From NCBI GenBank assembly GCA_049510745.1, contig JBEKYR010000013.1, positions 1-64,000 on the forward strand: 64,000 bases of DNA, in the 5' to 3' direction. Below are positions 57,148 to 64,000 of this stretch, piece by piece. The DNA is from Verrucomicrobiota bacterium. Lineage in GTDB: Bacteria > Verrucomicrobiota > Verrucomicrobiia > Limisphaerales > Palsa-1400. The notes under the pieces were generated by a model. It was not told the origin of the DNA. It saw only the letters and a list, made by a program, of their open reading frames with translations, and ran no database searches. The position numbers and the translations under genes are program-made. Position 1 is the stretch's first letter; each line of letters begins with the position of its first letter.

Positions 57148-57897
57148 TCAAAAGAACCAAGTGAGTCCGACCATCCCCTTGATAGTGTTCACTCCCAGAT
57201 TTGGAGCGTGGAGACCGGCGCAGGACATGTGTAGGTATCCAGCCTCGAAGGTGAGAGCCAGGTTATCCCGGACGAACCAATGAGTGCCTACATTAGCCTG
57301 AAGATTAAACTCGAAAGTGCCGCTCTGGTCTGGCGGCCTAATCCCAGAGGCCGTCACCCCGGCGCCAACATCAGCGAACGGAACCCAGCGTGTGCCCGTG
57401 GCAAAGTTATAGCGCAAATGGGGCGTTAGTCCGACCAGTTCATCACTCCTCGGAGAGAACTGACCGCCACCGAAAAACTCCCCGCGGGCTTCCCAATTGC
57501 CGCCGTACCAATGCTCTTTACCCACTACATTGCCCAGCATGTGGCCATAAGAGAGGCTGAGCAAAGCCAAATCGTGAACTTGTTTGCCACCGAAGGCCTG
57601 CACGCCGAGGGCCACCCCCGTCTCAAGGCTAAATGTTCGCACATCAGACCGAAATCCCTCCCCAACTTCCCCTTGCCAGATGCTTTTCGGTTGGGGCGCA
57701 AATGCTCCCTCGTCTCCCGCGAGGACAAACCACGAGTTGCCCTCCTGCCGGACCAGTCTTCCCTGGGGGGCGAATGGCGCAGGCTGCGCGGGTGTTGGAT
57801 CGGTTGGTGGCGGCGTCAGTTCAACCTCGGCGCCCTTCGATAACGTGGCAAACGCACTCGCGATAACGACCATGATAGGTATGACGATTTTTTTCAT
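57148..57897 (-). CDS. PagL-like outer-membrane acyloxyacyl hydrolase (lipid A deacylase family)
   Basis: Signal peptide; alternating beta-strands; YLHMSCAG...N motif; terminal aromatic residue (WFF). Confidence 0.8.
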   Translation of the reverse strand: MKKIVIPIMVVIASAFATLSKGAEVELTPPPTDPTPAQPAPFAPQGRLVRQEGNSWFVLAGDEGAFAPQPKSIWQGEVGEGFRSDVRTFSLETGVALGVQAFGGKQVHDLALLSLSYGHMLGNVVGKEHWYGGNWEARGEFFGGGQFSPRSDELVGLTPHLRYNFATGTRWVPFADVGAGVTASGIRPPDQSGTFEFNLQANVGTHWFVRDNLALTFEAGYLHMSCAGLHAPNLGVNTIKGMVGLTWFF

Positions 57898-57994
57898 TCG
57901 TTCCGCGTGCGCGCCCCGCTCTTCACGGCGGATCTTGTGTTGCAGTTGACATTGCTTTGTTGCGGAACGCGGGTTGTCTTGTTGAATCAATAAT

Positions 57995-58207
57995 TCACTG
58001 GGGAACATGGTCTTCATTGTTTTTGTATCCTTTTGCATTGTTACGGTTGCGGATTTCCTCGGCGGATTGGTCGTGCCAGTCGAAACCAAGGCCAAGAGCA
58101 AAAGCGATTACCAGGAACATCACGTAGAGAGCGTTGATCGGATAGTGCGTACAACCGCTTGCGACGAGAGCAACTGCCAGAATCAAAATTGTGGATCTCA
58201 TCGTCAT
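57995..58207 (-). CDS. Short lipoprotein-signal ORF, possibly a gene remnant
   Basis: ATGA coupling to the upstream ORF; lipobox LVASGC followed by THYPINA. Confidence 0.4.
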   Translation of the reverse strand: MTMRSTILILAVALVASGCTHYPINALYVMFLVIAFALGLGFDWHDQSAEEIRNRNNAKGYKNNEDHVPQ

Positions 58208-58467
58208 GGCTTTTCTCCATCCACCAAAAAATGCACGCCCCGCTCGCAGGCTGCCTGGTCCAGCTCCTCGCCATTCGTCGCCGGGTGCAGGGTATCGAAA
58301 TAGCGAAGCGCGCATCTAGGGCAGCAAAACACCACCGTGGGCTTCTCTTCACGAGGAATCCTGCAAAACCAGCGTCCGTCCACGATCTCTTTGTCACAGA
58401 CGAGGCATTTCTGCTGCGCGGTATCCGCATTTGACCGGGCGTTAGCTTGGAGGTTGGCAGCAGTCAT
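58204..58467 (-). CDS. Small Cys-rich TRASH/YHS-like metal-binding protein
   Basis: CLVC...FCCPRC; ATGA overlaps on both sides. Confidence 0.6.
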   Translation of the reverse strand: MTAANLQANARSNADTAQQKCLVCDKEIVDGRWFCRIPREEKPTVVFCCPRCALRYFDTLHPATNGEELDQAACERGVHFLVDGEKP

Positions 58468-59072
58468 GATAATCGATTGAGCACTTCCCCCACGGAGAGC
58501 CGGACCTTGCGCGGCCAGTTTGTTCTGGCGAGCGCTATGGCGTCGGAATAACACAAGCAGTCCACCCCAGCCTCTGAAGCCAGGTGGCTTAAATAGATTT
58601 CCGCGGAAGACAACCGGGGCACAATCATTCCGCCCGTTTCCAGCAAGGCCAGCAAAGTAACCCGATGGGTTGTCTTGTGGAGCAACCGTTCTTCGATCCA
58701 TTTTGTCAATGCTTGGGGCAGTTCTCCTCCAGACAAAAGCGCGAAGAGTATGATGTCCGCCTTGGCGATGGCATCCGCAGCCACCTGGCGCATTTTGGGA
58801 TGCCAAAAGGACTTAAGACTCCACCAGGAGACTGAAAAAGTGAAGGAATGACCCAATTGCCGTGTGAGTTGTTCCTGCATGAGTTGCGCTCGCTTCCGGT
58901 TGAGGTCGTGCGCATAAACAGAAAAAAATTTTATGACAGGCTTCTGTATTTGAGACAAACGCCGGTGGCGAACTCGGGGCGGGTGAGCTTCTGGCACGGG
59001 CGTCTCGCAGCGCACGCTCAGCTTCGGGCCCCGTTCTCCCGCAATTCTTATTGGATATCGTTGAAGAGACAT
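58464..59072 (-). CDS. Hypothetical protein
   Basis: SWWS...AADAIAKADIILFAL...LP..L.KWIE alpha/beta pattern; coupled to the downstream ORF. Confidence 0.6.
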   Translation of the reverse strand: MSLQRYPIRIAGERGPKLSVRCETPVPEAHPPRVRHRRLSQIQKPVIKFFSVYAHDLNRKRAQLMQEQLTRQLGHSFTFSVSWWSLKSFWHPKMRQVAADAIAKADIILFALLSGGELPQALTKWIEERLLHKTTHRVTLLALLETGGMIVPRLSSAEIYLSHLASEAGVDCLCYSDAIALARTNWPRKVRLSVGEVLNRLS

Positions 59073-59080
59073 AACTTTGG

Positions 59081-59377
59081 TTAAAGAATGTTGTGCCGTC
59101 TGATCATCCGGCGTCTAATGCGTGAGTTCAGAACGCGCGGATAGATAGGAACGGCGCTGTGAAGTCGTGGTTGGAATGGCGGGCCGTCCAGCCAACTAAT
59201 GGCGATCCGCCGAACGAGTTTCAGCGCCTCCGGCGCCCGCCGCATAAAAGTCCGTCTTGCTTGAGAGAGTTCAGTTGAATGGCTTGAATACAAATTGCCG
59301 TTGTCAAGGATGGACCCCCGGGATTCTAAAAATCCCGCGCCGAAATCCGGTTCATTCGTTTCAAGGATGGGTTTCAT
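59081..59377 (-). CDS. Hypothetical protein (possibly degenerate)
   Basis: Open frame from MKPILETNEPDF in a same-strand gene run; weak support. Confidence 0.3.
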   Translation of the reverse strand: MKPILETNEPDFGAGFLESRGSILDNGNLYSSHSTELSQARRTFMRRAPEALKLVRRIAISWLDGPPFQPRLHSAVPIYPRVLNSRIRRRMIRRHNIL

Positions 59378-59481
59378 GTTAGTCAGTAATGGCCGCCCGG
59401 AGATTCTACCCAAGTCTGTCCGGCTTCGGAGCCGGCCGGACAGACCTGTCTGCTGGGTCGTCCTCGCGGGCCGCAAAAGGA

Positions 59482-59778
59482 TTAACGGCGGCGTCCCACG
59501 AGTATGCCGATGAGCAACGCGACGCCACAGGCGATGCCAATGGACTCATAAGGATGCTCGCGGATAGCGTGATCCGTGGTCTGGGCCGCTTTCACAGTTT
59601 TCTCTTTCAGCCGGTCGTAAGTGGCTTTGGCGGACTCCAGGGCCGAGGCCAAACGGCTGCGCACTTCGGTCAGGTTTTCGCTGTTCCCGTTCGCGGTAGC
59701 CTTGAGCAATTCCTCCGCGTCACGCAGAACCAGGTTGATGTCACTGGTTAGCTTTTGATTCGCTTCGTATGTTGTCAT
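59482..59778 (-). CDS. DUF883 / ElaB-YqjD family tail-anchored protein
   Basis: DAEELLKATA; TDHAIREHPYESIGIACGVALLIGILVGRRR; GAAAGGA RBS. Confidence 0.92.
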   Translation of the reverse strand: MTTYEANQKLTSDINLVLRDAEELLKATANGNSENLTEVRSRLASALESAKATYDRLKEKTVKAAQTTDHAIREHPYESIGIACGVALLIGILVGRRR

Positions 59779-59833
59779 ATCGTTCCTTTCTTTGTTTTGC
59801 TTTTCCTGCTTTTTCCCATGTCATCACTGTTTA

Positions 59834-59850
59834 ATCAGGATTCGTGCCAA
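59834..59850 (-). promoter_or_regulatory. Possible sigma54 promoter upstream of the DUF883 gene
   Basis: TTGGCACGAATCCTGAT has a perfect -24 element but GA instead of GC at -12. Confidence 0.3.
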
Positions 59851-60079
59851 GGCGTTGGATTCGACGTAAGACGCTCATTTGCAATAAGATGATACTTTTT
59901 GTCTGGATTCTTAGGCGTGTCGGGATTTTGAACGTTCGAATTTCCGTGTTTTCAGTGATTGAAAATCCATCGCACTTATGACCAGATATGTTTTTAAGGT
60001 GTGTCAACTGGAAATCCCCCGCGGTTCTCGCTCCGCGCACGCTCAAATGGCGAGCGAGGTGCTCATAGGCGGCGATTAT

Positions 60080-60745
60080 TTACTTGTTCGTCGTGAGCGC
60101 GTCGGCGGATTTGCTCCAAGGTGAACGACGAAGATCCGAGGCAACCTCGGCAAAAATCCCGCCAAACGCTTGATTCCACCCCTCCATCAGCGCGGCGGCG
60201 CTTGGCGCGGTGACCGGTGTGCTGCGCGAATACTCCTGTTGAAGTATTGGTTTTGTCGGCACGCCGTTGCGGGCTTCAAAGAACACCAGGCGCATTGTCA
60301 CGACGGCGCACGGGTGCTCTGACCGTCGAAAGTCTCCATAGAACTGGGTCACGCTGATTTCAACGACGGTATTGGGCTTGAGGGCGCTGCCGGCGTCCAC
60401 CACCTCGCTGAAGCCGCCGGCTCTGCTCAACCATCCGCGCACCGGCGCCATCATCTCTTCCTCTGGCGGGTCCAGGAATTCCGCATACGGATCACGCACG
60501 TACGAGAACTCGCCTGTGCGATAGACCAGCGACCGCCCATCGAATGGCGGGGCGATTCGCAGGGATCTAATGCCCAGAACACGGTCGCCGGCGACGGCGC
60601 TACCAGAGGCGGTTGGCGGCGCGCCAAAGGTGAACGTTTGTTTGTGCAAAGGAGGTTTGGACAGGCAGCCCGACAACGAGAGGACGGCGGCAAGTATGGC
60701 CAAAATACTCACGATCCATCGATGAAAGGCGTGTGAAGTTTTCAT
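60080..60745 (-). CDS. ABC-type transport auxiliary lipoprotein (PqiC-like)
   Basis: Lipobox LSGC; FDGRSLVYR; YAEF..PP; FYGDFR; follows mlaD. Confidence 0.85.
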   Translation of the reverse strand: MKTSHAFHRWIVSILAILAAVLSLSGCLSKPPLHKQTFTFGAPPTASGSAVAGDRVLGIRSLRIAPPFDGRSLVYRTGEFSYVRDPYAEFLDPPEEEMMAPVRGWLSRAGGFSEVVDAGSALKPNTVVEISVTQFYGDFRRSEHPCAVVTMRLVFFEARNGVPTKPILQQEYSRSTPVTAPSAAALMEGWNQAFGGIFAEVASDLRRSPWSKSADALTTNK

Positions 60746-60768
60746 AATGTTGGCGCCAGAGCAGGAAT

Positions 60769-61719
60769 TCATGGTTTTGCCATTGGTTGAACGTTCTTTA
60801 CCGGGACAGGGGGTTTGCCGAGAATGAAGCCGGAGGGGTACTGTTTCAGCTCGAATAAAACATCGTCCGCCTCATGCAACGTGCGCGAAGCGTTGTGCAG
60901 TGTTTGATTCAATGCATCGAAATCAAGGTTCGCCAAGCCGGGCTCCAGCGCGCAGATCACCGCGTCGGCGTCATGTGTCAATTTTTCCAATTGCATTTTT
61001 TTCACAGTGTCGTCGGTGTGATCGAGGAAAGATTGGAGTTTTGCGTTGCTGCCCCGCAGTTCCGTCAACAGGGCGTTGGCATTGGTGCCCAGGCTTTCCA
61101 AGTCTATCCGCTCGACGCGGCCCAGCAAGCGGCCAACCGATTTGAGATCGACTTCAGCCAAATGATCCAAGGCGACCACATCAACCCGATCCAGCTTGTG
61201 CAACGCCTCGCGCATGGAAACGAGCAAATCCCCTATCAAACCCGGCGCCGAAGGAATATAGGTCTGCCGGGGCGTCCATGGAACTTTCAGCGGCGGGTTC
61301 TCAGCCGGGTTCAGAAACTCCAGCGACATAATGCAGGTGCCGGTAACCCCTAGCGCCTTGGGACAAACGCGCAAACCGTGTTCAATGGCCTTCTGGAGCC
61401 GCTCGTTGCGCTCCTTGCCTGGCGGCAAAATGGAAACATCATCGTTCATCTCGAAAACGACCACGACGTAACCCGGTGAGGCATCCTCGTATTCGTTCCA
61501 GGTAAATCCAATGCTGGTGACTTTGCCAACGCGCACGCCTCGAAGTTCAACGGCCGAACCGACTGAAAGCCCGCTCACATCGGTCGTGACATAGGTTTCG
61601 AACATGCTCGACTTTTTAAGGTTGCTCCATACACCGAACGCCAGCAGGCCAGTCACGACAAGGCCCACGCCAATGAAGGCAAACAGGCCGATTTTGAAAT
61701 TGTTTATTTTCGCGCTCAT
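60769..61719 (-). CDS. mlaD: MCE/MlaD family protein
   Basis: FKIGLF TM; VSGLSVGSAVELRGVRVGKV; helical C-terminus ending QYPSGFILG. Confidence 0.92.
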   Translation of the reverse strand: MSAKINNFKIGLFAFIGVGLVVTGLLAFGVWSNLKKSSMFETYVTTDVSGLSVGSAVELRGVRVGKVTSIGFTWNEYEDASPGYVVVVFEMNDDVSILPPGKERNERLQKAIEHGLRVCPKALGVTGTCIMSLEFLNPAENPPLKVPWTPRQTYIPSAPGLIGDLLVSMREALHKLDRVDVVALDHLAEVDLKSVGRLLGRVERIDLESLGTNANALLTELRGSNAKLQSFLDHTDDTVKKMQLEKLTHDADAVICALEPGLANLDFDALNQTLHNASRTLHEADDVLFELKQYPSGFILGKPPVPVKNVQPMAKP

Positions 61720-61733
61720 AAGTATCTGGTTAG

Positions 61734-62513
61734 CTAGGCTCCCAGGGAGTGACTAGGATCAGGTTGACGGTTGAAGAAACGCCGAACCCACGGGTCGGCA
61801 GCCCCATCCCTGAGTTCGGCGGGCTTTCCTTCGGCGATGATCCCCTTGGCGTCGGAGCCAAGCATCACGACGCGGTCGGCGATGGAGTAAATGCTGGGCA
61901 ACTCGTGGCTCACAATCACGAAGGTAAAGCCGAAGTGGTGCAGGCTTGTAATCAAGAGATCGATCCCGGCAGAGGTAATCGGGTCCAGTCCGGCGGACGG
62001 TTCGTCCAGGAACAGAATTCTCGGGTCCAGCGCCATGGCGCGGGCGATGGCCGCCCGTTTCTGCATGCCGCCACTCAATTCGGCAGGCATTTTGTCCGCG
62101 GCGGCGCCCAGCCCGACCAGCCTCAGCCTGGCTAAAGCCGCCACTTCCTTCAACGGATCCGGCAGGTCGGAGAACTCCTCCAGCGGCAGCCGCACGTTCT
62201 CGAGGACCGTTAGGGAGCCGAACAGCGCGCCACTCTGATACATCACGCCAAATTTGCGCAACAGCGACAGCCTCTCTTTCCCCTGTGCTGCCACCATATT
62301 GCCGCCTTCGATCCAAACCTCGCCGGATAGGGGCGGATAAAGCCCGATCATTGCTTTCAACAGGGTGCTTTTGCCCGAACCCGATGCGCCCAGGATCACG
62401 AATACTTCGCCGCGCCGGACTTGAAAGTTTACGTTCTGAAGAATGACGTTGTCTCCATAACCGACAGTCAAGTCTTTGACGGAAATCGCGATGTCGTCAG
62501 GCGCATTCATCAT
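61734..62513 (-). CDS. mlaF: MlaF-type ABC ATP-binding protein
   Basis: GASGSGKS; YQSGALF; LSGGMQKR; FLDEPSAGLDP; SH. Confidence 0.92.
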   Translation of the reverse strand: MMNAPDDIAISVKDLTVGYGDNVILQNVNFQVRRGEVFVILGASGSGKSTLLKAMIGLYPPLSGEVWIEGGNMVAAQGKERLSLLRKFGVMYQSGALFGSLTVLENVRLPLEEFSDLPDPLKEVAALARLRLVGLGAAADKMPAELSGGMQKRAAIARAMALDPRILFLDEPSAGLDPITSAGIDLLITSLHHFGFTFVIVSHELPSIYSIADRVVMLGSDAKGIIAEGKPAELRDGAADPWVRRFFNRQPDPSHSLGA

Positions 62514-63646
62514 TTGAGAAGGAAAGAAATTGCGGAAAAGAAGGCATCCGCCACGATGATGAGCAGCAGGCTGGTTACGACTGCCCGCGTGGTCGAAAGA
62601 CCGACGGCACTGGGTCCCTGTTGGGTGCGCAGGCCGTGCCAGCAACCCACGGCCGACACAATGAGGCCAAAGACAGCGCTCTTGGAGATCCCGGCCCCGA
62701 GATCGTTCAAGTGAACGCTGGAGGCCAATTGATGTAGTATAAGCGGAAGCGTAAAACCCAGTCCCAGCATGACGATCACGCCGCCGATCACCCCCATGAG
62801 GATCGAGTAAAAGGTGAGCAGCGGTGTCACGAAAACTCCCGCCAGGATTCGCGGCACTACCAAGAACGGGATGGGGTCCAGTCCGAAAGTCTGGAGCGCA
62901 TCCAGTTCCTCATTGATTTTCATGGTGCCGAGTACCGCGGCGAAGGATGAACCTGTCCGGCCCGCCAGCAGAATGGCCGTCATAAGCGGCCCCATGTCAC
63001 GAACCATCACCACCATGATGGTATTGGCGACGTAGAGTTGCGCGCCAAATTCGGCCAGGCGCCGCGCCGACTCGAAGGCGATAATGAATCCCAGGAGCAA
63101 GCTCATCAGCGAAACGATCGGCACGGCGTTGGCGCCGGCCAACTCAACGACGCGGCGTGTCTCCGCCCACCGGCTTCGTTTGGGGTGGAAAATGCTGACA
63201 GGCAGGCTGGCGATGATAGCGCCCAAAAAGACCATTTGCGCGTGGAAATCCCTGTTCATTTGCCTGACCCTCCGGCCCATTTTCTCCACGCAAGAGTCGC
63301 GCTTAATCGCCGGTTGCGGGTGGAACGCCTTGTCCTCCAACATGAGTTCGCGGAAGATTTTCTCCAAATCAGCTTCCAATCCAAGCACCGAGACGGTCGC
63401 CTGTGGCGTCATTCTTCCCATGTTGAGGTAGAGGAGCAAAGTCAGACCCGCGGCGTCGCAGAAGCCGAGGCCGCTGACATCCACTTGCAGTGTCTCAACT
63501 TTCGTCCCTGGCAATTCCTTCTCCAGAAGGCCCCAGCAACCCACGACTGTCTGCTCATTCAGGCGGCCACGAAGAACCACGCGAGCCCGACCATCGGGCC
63601 TCACTTCCACGTCGGTTTCCAGTTTGTTTTGTGTTGCGGTTGTCAT
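62510..63646 (-). CDS. mlaE: MlaE-type permease with N-terminal STAS domain
   Basis: VDVSGLGFCDAAG (STAS); RDMGPLMTAILLAGRTGSSFAA.LGTMKINEELDAL; VG.STT.AVV. Confidence 0.92.
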   Translation of the reverse strand: MTTATQNKLETDVEVRPDGRARVVLRGRLNEQTVVGCWGLLEKELPGTKVETLQVDVSGLGFCDAAGLTLLLYLNMGRMTPQATVSVLGLEADLEKIFRELMLEDKAFHPQPAIKRDSCVEKMGRRVRQMNRDFHAQMVFLGAIIASLPVSIFHPKRSRWAETRRVVELAGANAVPIVSLMSLLLGFIIAFESARRLAEFGAQLYVANTIMVVMVRDMGPLMTAILLAGRTGSSFAAVLGTMKINEELDALQTFGLDPIPFLVVPRILAGVFVTPLLTFYSILMGVIGGVIVMLGLGFTLPLILHQLASSVHLNDLGAGISKSAVFGLIVSAVGCWHGLRTQQGPSAVGLSTTRAVVTSLLLIIVADAFFSAISFLLK

Positions 63647-63654
63647 GATAACTC

Positions 63655-64000
63655 TTATCCCGCTTGCAACTGGATCAACTTCGTCGCAAACGGGACGGTT
63701 TCCTGGTAGAGTGCCAGGCGTGCTCGGATTTGCGCGGCGACATGGGCGTCGGTTACGATATCGATTTGCGCGGCAACGGCTTTTTCAAGCTCCGCCAGCG
63801 CGGAGGGCAGGTCCGGCAACGGGCGCTCACTTTTGCTTTCTACCCGGTCGGCGAGATTGAGGAGCAAATCAGCCAGCGTTACTTTGAATCGGGCCGATGC
63901 CGCGCGCAACGGCTCAGGCACCGCGAAGGGCCGCAAGTCAGGACGATGCTGGACGATTGCCAGCAGATGGAGAAATAACATCTGCACTGTGTTGTCGATG
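63655..64000 (-). CDS. C-terminal part of a membrane protein, probably FUSC family (enters from beyond the window)
   Basis: Helical C-terminus (LFLHLLAIVQHRPDL...ARLALYQE) immediately upstream of mlaE; family assignment is inferred from context. Confidence 0.45.
   Translation of the reverse strand, partial: IDNTVQMLFLHLLAIVQHRPDLRPFAVPEPLRAASARFKVTLADLLLNLADRVESKSERPLPDLPSALAELEKAVAAQIDIVTDAHVAAQIRARLALYQETVPFATKLIQLQAG

Overview
A high-GC bacterial chromosomal segment, most likely from a Verrucomicrobiota (Pedosphaerales-like) organism. The taxonomy is inferred from gene families (H-X9-DG prepilin, Ig/RCC1 and FG-GAP exoproteins with RFYR C-termini, PVC-type short intergenic repeats), not from a search. 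In order, the window holds: the 5' end of a GH27 alpha-galactosidase; a ~260-bp palindromic element; an NB-ARC/TPR (NLR-like) gene; two paralogous PIN toxin-antitoxin-like pairs flanking a GH13+amylo-1,6-glucosidase fusion; MFS, FG-GAP, GT4 and Ig/RCC1 genes; a 10-bp tandem-repeat region; housekeeping genes (HAD, pyrE, UbiD family, HupE/UreJ, dapL, nrdJ with an NrdR box); an SGNH-TPR + sxtK/sxtI/sxtJ-like carbamoyltransferase cassette; a compact starch locus (4x CBM-like exoprotein, H-X9-DG prepilin, GH13); a sigma28-driven chemosensory operon (cheW-MCP-cheA-cheR-cheD-HDOD-cheB-cheX) that also carries fliG and fliM and an internal duplication scar; tRNA-Arg(UCU); and a minus-strand island-like envelope/lipid block (PilT, MlaA-hydrolase fusion, PagL-like, DUF883, PqiC/MlaD/MlaF/MlaE, FUSC). 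The best candidates for undescribed biology are the pseudopilin-based starch locus lacking SusC/D, the shared RFYR C-terminal domain, the PIN antitoxin family, and the che operon with its own divergent switch proteins. No CRISPR array, rRNA, integrase or transposase was seen.
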